From contig JBBRLQ010000002.1 in NCBI GenBank assembly GCA_038231275.1, forward strand, positions 576,001-640,000: a stretch of DNA of 64,000 nt, in the 5' to 3' direction. The notes under the pieces were generated by a model. It was not told the origin of the DNA, ran no database searches, and saw only the letters and a program-made list of their open reading frames with translations. The translations under genes were made by a program, and so were the position numbers. Origin of the DNA: Polyangiales bacterium. GTDB lineage: Bacteria > Myxococcota_A > Polyangia > Polyangiales > Polyangiaceae. Below are positions 11,373 through 21,865 of the stretch, piece after piece. Within the stretch, counting starts at the first letter, position 1. Each line of letters opens with the position of its first letter.

Positions 11373-12302
11373 ATGCCGACGCTCGCGCGCACGGAGGCGC
11401 GCATCGAGGACATGCGGCTCTTCGCCAAGGTCGCCGAGGCCAAGACGTTCACGGCCGCTGCGCTTCTCCTCGAGATGCCGAAGCAGACGCTGAGCCGCCG
11501 CGTCGCCGAGCTCGAACGCGCGCTCGGCGTCGTGCTCCTTCATCGGACGACGAGGCGCCTCCACCTCACCGAGGCCGGCGCGGCCTACGCGCAGCGGTGC
11601 GCCGAGATCGTGCGCTTGGCCGAAGAGGCCAACCACGCCATCACCGACGACGTGGCGATCCCCAAGGGCGTCTTGCGTGTCACCGCCGATCCGCTGTTCG
11701 GCGAGACCTTCCTCGCGCCGCTCGTCGTCGCGTACGCGAAGCGATGGCCGGCTGTGCACGTCGAGGTGACGCTTACGCCGAGGCGCGTCGACCTGGTGGA
11801 GGAGGGTTTCGACGTCGCGTTTCGAGTCGGTGTGCTGGGCGAGTCCGACCTCTCCGCGAAGAACCTGGGGCCAGCGCGCGTGCGGTATTGCGCGAGCCCC
11901 GGCTATCTGTCGCGACGCGGCGCGCCGAAGACGCCCAAGCAGCTCGCCTCCCACGAGTGCGTCTTGGTGCACGCGGAGGGCGGGACGACGCGGTGGCCGT
12001 TCCGCGGGCCACGTGGCATCGAGCTCGTCTCCGTTACCGGACGCCTGCGCTTCAACAGCTTCGCCATGGGGAGGAGCGCCGTTCTGGGCGGCCTCGGCAT
12101 CGCCATCTTCCCCGAGTTCGCGTGCGAGGACGACGTCCGCCGGAAGCGGCTGGTGCCCGTCCTCGAAGATTGGACGGTGGACGTCGGCGCGGTGTGGCTT
12201 CTCCACCCGGCGGGGCGGTACCTGACCGCGCGCGTCCGCACCTTCGTCGAGCTGGCGCGCGAGCGCCTCGAGCGCGAGCCACCGTGGGCTTCCCACGACT
12301 GA
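11373..12302 (+). CDS. LysR family regulator (CrgA-like)
   Basis: [41 protein letters not shown]. Substrate domain [13 protein letters not shown]. Confidence 0.95.
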   Translation: MPTLARTEARIEDMRLFAKVAEAKTFTAAALLLEMPKQTLSRRVAELERALGVVLLHRTTRRLHLTEAGAAYAQRCAEIVRLAEEANHAITDDVAIPKGVLRVTADPLFGETFLAPLVVAYAKRWPAVHVEVTLTPRRVDLVEEGFDVAFRVGVLGESDLSAKNLGPARVRYCASPGYLSRRGAPKTPKQLASHECVLVHAEGGTTRWPFRGPRGIELVSVTGRLRFNSFAMGRSAVLGGLGIAIFPEFACEDDVRRKRLVPVLEDWTVDVGAVWLLHPAGRYLTARVRTFVELARERLEREPPWASHD

Positions 12303-12322
12303 GAGCGGGCGTTCGTCGCCGC

Positions 12323-12703
12323 TCAGGTCGCCGTCGCGAGCTTGTCCCAATAGTTGGACTGCCACCCTTTCGCCAGGTGCTCCTTCATGTCCGCCGGAAA
12401 GCCATCGTGGTCGAAGACGACCTTGGTCCCCGCTCCGTCACCCTCCAGCTCGAACCGTACGATCGAGTAGAGCCCCTCCGGCCACGTCTTCGCGCGCCAG
12501 GCCTGCACGACGCGCTTTCCCGGTACCAGCTCCACGTGGCGGCCGGTGATGTGCCCGCCGAACGACGTGAACGGCGCGCCCTCGGTGGAGTCGCCGGTCG
12601 CAGGCGCCCCGGTCACCTCCGCGAAGCGCTTCGCGTCGACGAGGGCTTGGAAAATGCGTGCCGGTGCGGCGCCGAGCGTCACGACCTGATGAATGTTCGA
12701 CAT
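12323..12703 (-). CDS. SRPBCC/AHSA1-like protein
   Basis: IHQVVTLGAAPARIFQAL, LVPGKRVVQAWR, GWQSNYW. Confidence 0.88.
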   Translation of the reverse strand: MSNIHQVVTLGAAPARIFQALVDAKRFAEVTGAPATGDSTEGAPFTSFGGHITGRHVELVPGKRVVQAWRAKTWPEGLYSIVRFELEGDGAGTKVVFDHDGFPADMKEHLAKGWQSNYWDKLATAT

Positions 12704-12759
12704 GGCGAGATCTCCTTGTGGCGAATCGTTAAACCATTCGGTATAGTGATCCTCACTGC

Positions 12760-13128
12760 ATGTCAACGCGCAACGCCGCTACCCGTCGCGACGAAAAGTT
12801 GGACCTCGTCTTCTCCGCGCTGGGTGACACGACGCGGCGGCACATCCTCGCGCGCCTCGCCCGTGGGCCCCTGTCGATCACGGCGATCGCGGCGCCCTTC
12901 GAGATCACCCTCCCCGCCGTCTCCAAGCACCTCCGCGTCCTCGAGCGCGCGGGACTGCTCCGCCGCGAGCGCGACGGGTGGTACCACCGCTGCCACCTGG
13001 AGACGCGGCCGCTCGAGAGCGCCGTCGCCTTCCTGGCGAAATACAGGCCGTTCTGGGAGGACACGCTCGAGGCGCTCGCGCAGCACGTGGAGGCACCCGT
13101 GAAGAGAGAGGGATCCGATCATGAGTGA
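12760..13128 (+). CDS. ArsR/SmtB family regulator
   Basis: VFSALGDTTRRHIL...PAVSKHLRVLERAGL. Confidence 0.93.
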   Translation: MSTRNAATRRDEKLDLVFSALGDTTRRHILARLARGPLSITAIAAPFEITLPAVSKHLRVLERAGLLRRERDGWYHRCHLETRPLESAVAFLAKYRPFWEDTLEALAQHVEAPVKREGSDHE

Positions 13129-13561
13129 AGGCATCACGCTCGTCACGAGACGCACCATTCGCGCGACGGCCGCGCGCCTCTTCGACGCGTGGACACAGCC
13201 CGAGCAGCTCCGCGCGTGGTGGGGCCCGCGACCGGTGACGTGCGCGGGCGCCGAGGTGGATCTGCGCGTCGGCGGTCGCTACCGCATCGCGAACGCGTTG
13301 CCGGACGGGAACACGCTGGTTATCGAAGGCGAGTTCCAGGTCGTCGATGCACCGCACAGGCTCGTCTACACGTGGCGCGCCGGAGATGACCAAGGCTCTC
13401 GCGTGACCGTTCGCTTCGAGCCGCGCGGAGACGCGACCGAGGTGATCGTCGTCCATGAGCAGATTCCGAACGAGCGCGTCCGCGAGTCGCACGAAGGCGG
13501 GTGGAACGGCTGCTTGGAGGGGCTCGAGGCCTTTTTCGACCGCAGCAGCGCCTCGGGTTAG
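13121..13561 (+). CDS. SRPBCC/AHSA1-like protein
   Basis: LFDAWTQPEQLRAWWGP, DLRVGGRY, RLVYTW, HEGGW. Overlaps the ArsR stop. Confidence 0.9.
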   Translation: MSEGITLVTRRTIRATAARLFDAWTQPEQLRAWWGPRPVTCAGAEVDLRVGGRYRIANALPDGNTLVIEGEFQVVDAPHRLVYTWRAGDDQGSRVTVRFEPRGDATEVIVVHEQIPNERVRESHEGGWNGCLEGLEAFFDRSSASG

Positions 13562-13724
13562 TCTACGAGGTCGCCCAGTGCGTACCTTCTTCGACGACAT
13601 CCGGGAGATGCGGCATTATGCGGTCACGGACGTCGCGTCGCCGACGCCCTGAGAAACGCCATGGATCCCAGCACGGATGTCCCGACCGTGAAGGGCCAGT
13701 ACTCTCCGCCGAAGTGAACGCGAG

Positions 13725-14657
13725 ATGATCGTCCTCCTGACCGAACGGCTCATCCTCCGCTGGTTTCGTCCCGACGACGCGGCGGTGGCGTTCGAGCTGG
13801 TCAACGATCCCGATTGGATTCGCAACATCGGCGACCGCGGAGTGCGCTCGATCGACGATGCGAGGGCGTGGATCGAGAACCGCGTCTCGGCGTCGTACTT
13901 CGAGCACGGCTTTGGTTCCTGGGCGATGCAGCGGCGCGAAGATGGCGCGCTCCTGGGGACGTGCGGCCTCGTGCGGCGCGCTTCCCTCCCTACGCTCGAC
14001 CTCGGCTACGCTCTCCTGCCCCGCGCGCGCGGGCAAGGCTACGTGCGCGAGGCGGCGACGGCATGCCTCGCGTACGCGCGCGACGTCCTCGAGGAGCCGC
14101 GCGTCTTCGCCATCACCTATCCTTCGAACGTCGCCTCCGTCCGCGCGCTCGAGTCCATCGGGATGCAGCACGAGCAGACCACCATGCTGCCGGGCGAGGC
14201 GCGCGAGAGCGCCGTTTTTTCGTGGACTGGCGCGACGCCGACGACGGGCGATCGGCAGGCCATCGACGCGGTGGCGCGGCGCCTCTTCGCCGCGTTCGAC
14301 AACCGCGGCGGCAAAGTCCCAACCGTCGCCGCACTGCCGGCGCTCTTCGCCCCCGACGCGCGCGTCACGGTGGCCGACGCGCGAGGTGCAACCACGACGA
14401 ACGTGCGCGACTTCCTCCTGCCGCGCGCCGCGTTGCTCGAGTCACGCTTGCGAGAGTTCTCCGAGGACGAAATCGAAGCACGCACCGAGATCACCGGGGC
14501 GATCGCCCAACGCTGGTGCGTCTACGAGAAGGCGGGCATCCTCGACGGCGAACCATTTCGCGCCCGGGGCACGAAGGCGATGCAGCTCGTGAAGATCGCC
14601 GGGCGGTGGAAGCTCGTCGCCCTGGCGTGGCAAGACTATCCGGCGACGGTGGACTGA
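13725..14657 (+). CDS. RimJ/RimL-type GNAT acetyltransferase fused to a DUF4440/NTF2-like domain
   Basis: LTERLILR, GTCGL, DLGYALLPRARGQGY..EAA, NVASVRALESIG. C-domain ends MQLVKIAGRWKLVALAWQD. Confidence 0.85.
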   Translation: MIVLLTERLILRWFRPDDAAVAFELVNDPDWIRNIGDRGVRSIDDARAWIENRVSASYFEHGFGSWAMQRREDGALLGTCGLVRRASLPTLDLGYALLPRARGQGYVREAATACLAYARDVLEEPRVFAITYPSNVASVRALESIGMQHEQTTMLPGEARESAVFSWTGATPTTGDRQAIDAVARRLFAAFDNRGGKVPTVAALPALFAPDARVTVADARGATTTNVRDFLLPRAALLESRLREFSEDEIEARTEITGAIAQRWCVYEKAGILDGEPFRARGTKAMQLVKIAGRWKLVALAWQDYPATVD

Positions 14658-14689
14658 CGCCGCGCCTCGCCTGCCCTGCCCGTCGTGCG

Positions 14690-15619
14690 TCAGGTGGTCC
14701 CGGCCATGCTCTGCAGCTGCGTCGGCAAGAGCGCGGCGTAGATCGTCTCGTGCACGGGGACGTCCACGCCCAGCTCGCAGGCGATTCGCGACACGGCGCC
14801 GCTGAGCGCCTCGAGCTCCGAGGGACGACCCGCGACGATGTCGCGCTGGAGCGAGGAGGTCGCGTCCTCCGGCAGCGTATCGACGAAGGCTAAGGTCTTG
14901 GCCACCACGTCGGGCGCCACGGCGATCCCCTTCGCGACGGCCACGGCGCGCACTTCTTCGAACGCGTCGGTGAGGAGGCGCCGCGTCTCGGGGAGCCTGC
15001 GCAAGACGCCCGCGGTGGAGCGCGTGACCGCTCCGACCCCTCCGAACGAGGCGATGAAGAGGAGCTTCTCCCAGAGCGCCGCGGGGAAATCATGTGCAAT
15101 CTGCACATTCATGCCCGACGCCTCGAGCGCCGCCACGAGCGGCTCGGTGCGACCGGCGATGGGGGCGCGCCACGCGCCGATCGTCATCGTTGGTGGATTG
15201 CCGACGTGCTTCACCGCGCCAGGCTCTGCGATCCAGCCGATGAGGCGACAGAGCCCGCCAACGACGCGCTCGGGGCCGACCGCCGCGACACATTGGTCGG
15301 GCGCATCGACGCCATTTTGCAGTGGTACGACGAACCCGCCGGGACGAAGCCACGACGCCAGCGGCGCGGCGGCGACCGGCACTTGCCACGTCTTCACCGC
15401 GACGAGAGCCACGTCGACAGGCGAGAGCTCGCCCGTCGACGCCGCAGTCTCCACGCGCGCGTCGAACACGCCGAGCGGGCTGTCGACGCGGAGCCCTCGC
15501 GCCTGAATCGCGTCGAGCGCCGCTCCGCGTGCGACGAGCGCCACCTCGTGCCCCGCCCGCGAGAGCAGCCCGGCGACCAAGCCCCCGACGCCACCCGCAC
15601 CCACGACCCCAATTCGCAT
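14690..15619 (-). CDS. panE: 2-dehydropantoate 2-reductase (ketopantoate reductase family)
   Basis: MRIGVVGAGGVGG, VAVKTWQ, LQNGVD, LWEKLLF, SSLQRDIVAGRPSELE. Confidence 0.88.
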   Translation of the reverse strand: MRIGVVGAGGVGGLVAGLLSRAGHEVALVARGAALDAIQARGLRVDSPLGVFDARVETAASTGELSPVDVALVAVKTWQVPVAAAPLASWLRPGGFVVPLQNGVDAPDQCVAAVGPERVVGGLCRLIGWIAEPGAVKHVGNPPTMTIGAWRAPIAGRTEPLVAALEASGMNVQIAHDFPAALWEKLLFIASFGGVGAVTRSTAGVLRRLPETRRLLTDAFEEVRAVAVAKGIAVAPDVVAKTLAFVDTLPEDATSSLQRDIVAGRPSELEALSGAVSRIACELGVDVPVHETIYAALLPTQLQSMAGTT

Positions 15620-15734
15620 GAGACCAGCTTGCCACGAAGCGACGGCGACGGCGTTCGCCCGGTCGCTGTCGCACGTTTCCACGCAATCGTGGAGGGATGC
15701 GCCGCCGCGTGCGATGATGAAGAAGGAGGCGCCG

Positions 15735-16745
15735 ATGCGAGAGCTACCGGGTTGCGTGGTGAGGTCCGCGATCGTGCCCTTCGTCGTGCTGGCGCTCGCG
15801 GGGTGCGGCGGCGATTCGTCGACCGGCACGGCACCGGACTCCGGCGCCAGCTCGAGCGGCACGTCGGGCTCCTCGTCCTCCAGTGGATCGAGCGGGTCCA
15901 GTGGCTCAAGCGGATCGAGCGGCTCCAGCGGGTCGAGCGGCGGCACCGACTCCGGATCCGGAAACGACGCCGGCACCGACGCGGCGCCGATCGATCCTTG
16001 CAGCGGCGCGCTCTTCTGCGAAACGTTCGACGGCTACGGGGGCACGACGGCGATCGCCGACAAACAGAAGTTCGGACCGTGGCACGCGGCGCTCCAGGCC
16101 GGCGCCACCATGGGTCTCGACGGCACGCACACGACCTCAGGGGCGAGCGCGCTCCACGTCCACATCGACAACGCCGCAACCGCAGGCGGACGCCTCTTCG
16201 CGGACGGCGCGCAGCCGATCTTCGCCGGCGCGCCCACGCACGTGTATGGCCGCCTCCGCATGTACATCGACCCGAACGGCACCAGCATCCACTGGACCTT
16301 CTTCGGCGTGAACGGGCCCGCCGATCCGTCGTCCCCTGCCGTCGGACGCAACGCGTCGTACATCCTGAGCTCGCTGCCGAAGGCGAACGTCAACACCTAC
16401 AGCTTCGTCTACGGCCTCTCGTCGACGGCAGCCAACGGCTTTCACGACTGCTCGTCCCAGAGCGCGACGTCGATGCCGTCGACCTGGGCGTGCGTCGCGT
16501 TCGAGCTCGACTCGGTGGCGCGAAAGCTCCGCATGTACCAGGGCGCGTCGAGCACGGCGATCCTGTCCGTCGACGATCACGGCAAGGCCTGCGTGCCCCC
16601 CACGCCGGTTACCGATCCCTGGTACGGACCGACGGTCACGCAGCTCTTCGTCGGCGCGTGGAGCTTCCACGCGATGAACGCGCCGCTCGACGTATGGATC
16701 GACGACGTCGTCGTCGACACGAAGCCAGTCGCCTGCCCGCCCTGA
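15735..16745 (+). CDS. Lipoprotein with Ser/Gly linker and Cip1/ConA-like beta-sandwich domain
   Basis: AAGGAGG RBS, lipobox LAGC, (SSG)n linker, LFCETFD...YGRLRMY...WACVAF...WIDDVVV. Confidence 0.65.
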   Translation: MRELPGCVVRSAIVPFVVLALAGCGGDSSTGTAPDSGASSSGTSGSSSSSGSSGSSGSSGSSGSSGSSGGTDSGSGNDAGTDAAPIDPCSGALFCETFDGYGGTTAIADKQKFGPWHAALQAGATMGLDGTHTTSGASALHVHIDNAATAGGRLFADGAQPIFAGAPTHVYGRLRMYIDPNGTSIHWTFFGVNGPADPSSPAVGRNASYILSSLPKANVNTYSFVYGLSSTAANGFHDCSSQSATSMPSTWACVAFELDSVARKLRMYQGASSTAILSVDDHGKACVPPTPVTDPWYGPTVTQLFVGAWSFHAMNAPLDVWIDDVVVDTKPVACPP

Positions 16746-16902
16746 CTACGGCGCAACCATTCCCGATACTTACAGAATTTTCGCCGTCCGTGTCGATCCC
16801 CATGCGGCTCGCTTGGTCGTGTACGTGAAGGCGCCGGCAGTTGCTGCTCGGACCATTGGCCTTCTCGTTTTCCTCCCGCTACGAACCGCTCAGGAGTCGA
16901 CC

Positions 16903-17631
16903 ATGCGCTTCATGATCATGCACAAGAACGACGCGAACACCGAAGCAGGCCTCGCGCCCCCGATGGACATCGTTACCAAGATGGGCGCGTTCGTCGGCGC
17001 GCACGCGCAGGCCGGCCGGTTCATCGACGGCGCCGGGCTGGCCGGCAGCAAGACACGCACGCGTCTCACCTTTCGCGAAGGCCGGTCGACCGTGAAGCAC
17101 GGCCCCTACCGCGGCGAGAACGAGCTGCCGGCCGCGACGCTCCTCCTCAAGGTCCGCACGCGCGAGGAGGCCATCGGCTGGGCCGAGCGCTACGGGAAGA
17201 TCTTGGGCGACGGCGAGATCGAGCTCGGGAAGGTCAACGAACCGTGGGACATCGGCCTCATGCCTGCGCCCGAAAATCCGCCGCTCCAGATGCTCCTGAT
17301 CGAAAAAGCGGACGCCGTCACCGAAGCCGGCGGACGCAGCGCAAAGCAGAAGGCCGAGCTCACGCGCCTCAAGACGGAGATGACGAAGGCGGGCGTGCTC
17401 GTCCGCACGATCCCGCTGAAGCCGAGCCGCGACGCCAAGCGCTTGGTCTTCACGAGCGGCGATCTGCGCGTGTTCGACGGGCCGTTCGCGGAGACGAAGG
17501 AGCTGCTGGGTGGATTCTCGGTGATGGAGCTACCGGGAATGGACGACGCGATCGAGCTGTGCCGAACGTACGCGGCGATCCTGGGGGGTACGTTGGAGAT
17601 CGACGTTCGCACGATCGACACGACGGACTGA
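16903..17631 (+). CDS. YciI family protein (tandem YCII-related domains)
   Basis: MRFMIMHK, GAGL, REEAIGWA, DGPFAETKELLGGF. Confidence 0.85.
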   Translation: MRFMIMHKNDANTEAGLAPPMDIVTKMGAFVGAHAQAGRFIDGAGLAGSKTRTRLTFREGRSTVKHGPYRGENELPAATLLLKVRTREEAIGWAERYGKILGDGEIELGKVNEPWDIGLMPAPENPPLQMLLIEKADAVTEAGGRSAKQKAELTRLKTEMTKAGVLVRTIPLKPSRDAKRLVFTSGDLRVFDGPFAETKELLGGFSVMELPGMDDAIELCRTYAAILGGTLEIDVRTIDTTD

Positions 17632-17642
17632 AGTGGACGCTC

Positions 17643-18284
17643 CTACCCGCGACGCTTCGCTCGAACCGCTTTACGCGCGGGACCCGACGCGACCTTTCCG
17701 TTCGGGTAGATCGTTTCGCCCTTCATCAGCATCGCCACGAAGGTCGCGATCTTCTTCTTCCGCCCGGCCTCGGTCTTCATCCCGAGCGTGCGGAACGTCA
17801 ACGAGAAGCGGTTCTGGGACGTCAGCGTCTCGTACATCGCGAGCGCCTTTGGCTCCGCGCGGACCGCGGCGAGGAGATCTGCGGGCGGCTCCGTCTTCGT
17901 CATGCTGTAGGCCTTTGCCCATCGTCCGTCGGCCTTCGCGGCGGCGACCTGGGCGAGGCCTGGAGGCTTCATCCTTCCGGCCTTGGTCAACCGCGCGACG
18001 TTGGCGACGTTGACCTGGCTCCAAACGCTCTTCTTGCCGCGCGGCGTGTAGCGCTGGAGGAAACTCTGGTCGTCGAAGCCCTTGCGAAGTCCGTCGATCC
18101 ACCCCCAGCAAAGCACCACGTCGATGGCCTCGACGGGCGTGATCGACGCGCGTCCCGAGCGGATCTTGTGGATCTTGATCCAGACCTCGGTCTCCGTGTC
18201 CCAATGCGTGCCGAGCCACGCGGCGAAGCTGCGCTCGTCCTCGAACTCGAAGAGCCTCTTGGGATCGACGCGAAAGGGCGGCAT
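17643..18284 (-). CDS. YdeI/OmpD-associated family protein
   Basis: WIKIHK, EAIDVVLCWGWIDG, QRYTPR..KSVWSQVN, GRMKPPG. Confidence 0.92.
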   Translation of the reverse strand: MPPFRVDPKRLFEFEDERSFAAWLGTHWDTETEVWIKIHKIRSGRASITPVEAIDVVLCWGWIDGLRKGFDDQSFLQRYTPRGKKSVWSQVNVANVARLTKAGRMKPPGLAQVAAAKADGRWAKAYSMTKTEPPADLLAAVRAEPKALAMYETLTSQNRFSLTFRTLGMKTEAGRKKKIATFVAMLMKGETIYPNGKVASGPARKAVRAKRRG

Positions 18285-18461
18285 CCGGCGATGATAGACC
18301 GCGCCGCCTCCACCGCGCTCGACACGCGCTACTTCGCCTTGGCTTTGCTCCTCGCTCCGTTGCGTTTGGTCCCGCCGTAACCCCGGGATGGTCGAGACTG
18401 CGTCGAGGTCGGCATCGCGCCGACCGTCGGCGTCACGTTTGGACGACGCTTCGCCCGTCCA

Positions 18462-19094
18462 TCAGCACCCCTTGTTGCACTCGAGGTTGCCGCTGCTCGA
18501 TCGGCAGTCGTGACACGTGTCCTTCTTGCAGGCCTGGTTGATCGTCGCAACGTTGCATACGACGCAGAGGCCGAGCGCACAGACCTCCTCGTCGGCGCAG
18601 TCCGCAGCGGTCTTGCACGTGCACCCCGAGGGGCCGCACTGGCCGGCGTTCGAGCAATAGAGCGCGCCGGGGGCACCGGGCGGGCGGCACTCCCAACAGC
18701 TATTTTGATTGCTCGGGCATTTGGAGCAATCGCTCGCGCACAGGCCGTTCTCGACGCACAGCGGCTTGGAGCCACACGACGACAGCGCATCGGGAACGTT
18801 CGCGTCCCCCGTCGCGGCGTCGCCGCTGCTCGAGGCATCGCTGGTGCCACTGGTCCCGCTCGCTCCGCTGCTCCCCCCGCTCGCGCCGCTCGACGCGCCG
18901 GAGCTCGTGGAGCCTGAGCTCACGCCGCTGGCGCCAGAGCTCGCGGAGCCTGAGCTGACGCCGCTGGTGCTCCCGCCTCCGCCTGCGTCGTCCGCGCCGG
19001 TCTGCGCGGTGCCCGTGAGGCCGAGCCCGCAAGCGACGAGCGCCACAGGAAGGACGAGGACCAAGCGCGACTTGACCACCCCCATACCGACCAT
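18462..19094 (-). CDS. Cys-rich secreted lipoprotein, hypothetical
   Basis: Lipobox LVAC, Ser/Gly low-complexity linker, dense Cys C-terminus. Start could be 19085. Confidence 0.7.
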   Translation of the reverse strand: MVGMGVVKSRLVLVLPVALVACGLGLTGTAQTGADDAGGGGSTSGVSSGSASSGASGVSSGSTSSGASSGASGGSSGASGTSGTSDASSSGDAATGDANVPDALSSCGSKPLCVENGLCASDCSKCPSNQNSCWECRPPGAPGALYCSNAGQCGPSGCTCKTAADCADEEVCALGLCVVCNVATINQACKKDTCHDCRSSSGNLECNKGC

Positions 19095-19142
19095 TGTAGC
19101 AGGACCCGAGAGCGCGTCGCGCGTCCTCGAGACTGCGCTCTC

Positions 19143-20264
19143 TCAGGGGATTTCGCCGGCGGCGATCGAGGTGAACCAAGGGGCGAGCCCGGCGTCGTAT
19201 TTGTTCGGCTGATCACCGTGGAGCGTGCTCGCGAACGCGCCGGCGTCGGGATCGTAGATGTAGGCCTCGGTCCGCCATCCGGCTGCGGCGAAGACGCCGC
19301 CCGCGAAGACGATCCCCGCCTGCGCGCCGCGGCCTCGCTTCGTCCATGCGGCGCCGTCCTTGCTCTCGAACGCGTTGCAGCAGTCGCTCGCGACGAAGAC
19401 GCCGTTGCCGAACGCGATGCCGCCGAAGCCGGTCTGGTACGACGTCGCGACGGGCGCCTGATCTTGCCAGGTCACGCCGTTGGCCGACGTGCGGACGCGC
19501 GCCATGCCGTTCGCGGCGCCGACCGCGACGAAGGCGCCGTTTCCATAGGCGACGTCGGCGAGTGGATTCGGATCGGCGGCGACATCGTAGTCGTGCCACG
19601 AGAGGCCATCCTCCGACGTCTTGGTGTGCCCGTCGCCGATCGCGACCCAGTGGCCGCCGCCCTGCGCGACCTGTTGCCAGTGGCCCGAGTCGCCGGTCGC
19701 GGCAGCGTGAGTCCACGTCGCGCCGTCGGCGGAGCGGAACGCGTCGGCGTGCGCGACCATCACGAACACACCGGCGCCCGCGACGATCTTCGAGCCATGA
19801 AGCGACACCTGAACGGGCAACGTGACCGGCGCCCACGCCTTACCATCGGTGGAGCGCACGACGCCGGGATCGCCGGAGAGGACGATCGCACCGTTGCCGA
19901 TCGCCGCGCCCGAGTACCCGTTGTCCAAACCGTTCGGAGCGACGTAGGTGTCGTCCCTCCACGTCTTGCCATCGTCCGAGACGATGCGCCGGAGATCCTG
20001 TCCGCCGATGACGAAGAAGGGACGACCGGGAGGCGTCGCGTCCACGACCGCCGCCGCGTCACCTCCCCCGTCGCTGCCGCCGTCGCCCGGAACGGTGCTG
20101 TCCGGGGCAGCGTCCGTCGACGGAGCGACCGAGCCGTCGCCGCCGCCCCCGTCCGAGCTGGGGCCGGCGGCGGAAGCCGCGGGGCCCGAGCATGCGGCGA
20201 GGCCGAGGAGGGCCAAGACGCACACGGACGGAGGTCGAAGAGGGGTCGGGATCGTCTCGCGCAT
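19143..20264 (-). CDS. Lipoprotein with BNR/Asp-box-like beta-propeller repeats
   Basis: Lipobox LAAC, repeated S.DG..W and (Y/F)GNG.FVAVG motifs. Confidence 0.75.
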   Translation of the reverse strand: MRETIPTPLRPPSVCVLALLGLAACSGPAASAAGPSSDGGGGDGSVAPSTDAAPDSTVPGDGGSDGGGDAAAVVDATPPGRPFFVIGGQDLRRIVSDDGKTWRDDTYVAPNGLDNGYSGAAIGNGAIVLSGDPGVVRSTDGKAWAPVTLPVQVSLHGSKIVAGAGVFVMVAHADAFRSADGATWTHAAATGDSGHWQQVAQGGGHWVAIGDGHTKTSEDGLSWHDYDVAADPNPLADVAYGNGAFVAVGAANGMARVRTSANGVTWQDQAPVATSYQTGFGGIAFGNGVFVASDCCNAFESKDGAAWTKRGRGAQAGIVFAGGVFAAAGWRTEAYIYDPDAGAFASTLHGDQPNKYDAGLAPWFTSIAAGEIP

Positions 20265-20328
20265 CACTTGGGTAGAGGCGTCGAGGGGACCCGATCGGCT
20301 CACTTTTTCGCAAAAAAACGCTGCGCCG

Positions 20329-21819
20329 TCATTTGGGCTTGGCGGACCCCGGCGGAGGCGGCGCGCTCGAGCCCGAGGGGGCCGGCGACGCGCCTCCAAC
20401 GAGCATCGCGTCGGTGACGTCGTCCTTGGTGAACAGGTCCTTCACTTGCGCGATCGGGAACTCTGCCTGCTGCGGGCCGAGGACGTAGGGGCCGATCTCG
20501 TACGCGTCGAAGTCGACCTCGATCCAGCCATCGCCGAGGCAGAGATCGCTGTCTTTGGTGAGCGTGATCGCGTCGTCGTTGAAGCCGGCCTCGGTCAGCT
20601 TCGCCACGCCGAACTTCTTCGCGAACGCCGCGACGACCATGTCGGCGAGCTTTGCGCGCCCTGCGTCCGAGAGCTTGGGCGCGAGCTTGAAGTGCGTCGC
20701 GGTCTTGGTGTCGATGACGTCGCACTGCGTCCCTCCGCCGCCGTGCACTCCGCCCGTGTACGCGTAGCCGTTGCGGCGAACGCCGACGAAGCGTCCCTTC
20801 TTGGTGTCGAGCGCGTAGCCCTCCGAGGTCTCGTAGTCCGGAATGTTCGGATCGTCCGGACCTTCGCAGGTCTTGGCCTTTGCGCCGTCACCGTGGAAGT
20901 AGTCATTGAGCGCCTTGGCGGCCGTCTTGTCCGCCACGCCGCGTACCTGAGGGAAGAGGATGTCGGTCTTGCATCGCTTTCCGTCGATCATGCGCTCTTG
21001 CGGGAAGACGACCACGCCGTTGTCGTACGTCCGCGTCTCGGGATAACCGGAGCCCTTCTCGAGCGACAGCGCCGCGACGCGGGAACCGTCGGGCGCCTGC
21101 CACTGGCCGAGGATGGCGCCGGTCGTCGCGAAGGCGCCCACGATCTTGCCCGTCGACTTGCCGCCCGACTTCTCGGTGAGCTCGAACCGGCCGTCGTCGT
21201 GCACGAGGCCGTCGAGCTTGAGGTCGGTCGCGCTCGAGGCGTACCGGTAGATGCCGCTGAGCGTGCCCGTGTGGCGCGTGAGCTTCATGCGGACGAACTG
21301 CTTGCCGATCGTCCCCATGTACTCCCCGTCGAACGTCGCAGGCAGCGCGCCGGACGCGCCGGACGAGAGCGTCTGCGCCTTGCCGGACTGATCGGTGAAC
21401 GTGCCCTTCAGCGAGGCCGCGCCGAGCTCGCCGGTGAGCGTCGCCGCCTTCTCCCCCTTCGCGACCTTGGACCTCAACGAGAAGTGCGCGTCGTCGGACA
21501 TCTTGCCGAACATCGCCAGCGGCGTGCCCGTGTCGAAGACGGCACGCACATCATTCCCGACGCGCTCGATGGCGACGTGGAAGGAGGCCTTGGTGCTCGT
21601 CTGGCCGGCGAACACCGCATACACCGGCGCGGCCTTCGTGGCGCCATCGGCGGAGGCATCGGCCGCGGCCATCGCGGCGCCCGCGTCGGAGGAGGCCGCG
21701 GCAGCGGACCCATCGTCGGCCGCATCGGCGCCGGCGTCCTTGGGCTTGGGGCAGCCTACGAGCAGGGGGAGACACGTGAGGCCAGTGATGCCGGTGAGGA
21801 AGAGGACGCGGCTCTTCAT
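20329..21819 (-). CDS. Lipoprotein with C-terminal RsiV/DUF3298-like domain
   Basis: Lipobox LVGC, YAYTGGVHG, FDAYEIGPYVLG. Confidence 0.7.
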   Translation of the reverse strand: MKSRVLFLTGITGLTCLPLLVGCPKPKDAGADAADDGSAAAASSDAGAAMAAADASADGATKAAPVYAVFAGQTSTKASFHVAIERVGNDVRAVFDTGTPLAMFGKMSDDAHFSLRSKVAKGEKAATLTGELGAASLKGTFTDQSGKAQTLSSGASGALPATFDGEYMGTIGKQFVRMKLTRHTGTLSGIYRYASSATDLKLDGLVHDDGRFELTEKSGGKSTGKIVGAFATTGAILGQWQAPDGSRVAALSLEKGSGYPETRTYDNGVVVFPQERMIDGKRCKTDILFPQVRGVADKTAAKALNDYFHGDGAKAKTCEGPDDPNIPDYETSEGYALDTKKGRFVGVRRNGYAYTGGVHGGGGTQCDVIDTKTATHFKLAPKLSDAGRAKLADMVVAAFAKKFGVAKLTEAGFNDDAITLTKDSDLCLGDGWIEVDFDAYEIGPYVLGPQQAEFPIAQVKDLFTKDDVTDAMLVGGASPAPSGSSAPPPPGSAKPK

Positions 21820-21865
21820 GGAAGCCGCAGAATACACGGCCCGCATCCTGATATCGTCCGCGTTC

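Noticed and set aside
13562-13724. Possible small ORFs or gene relic
   Set aside because: Too short and no recognisable motif or match in the window.
15846-15945. Short tandem repeats resembling an array
   Set aside because: Encode the (SSG)n linker. No spacers, not CRISPR.
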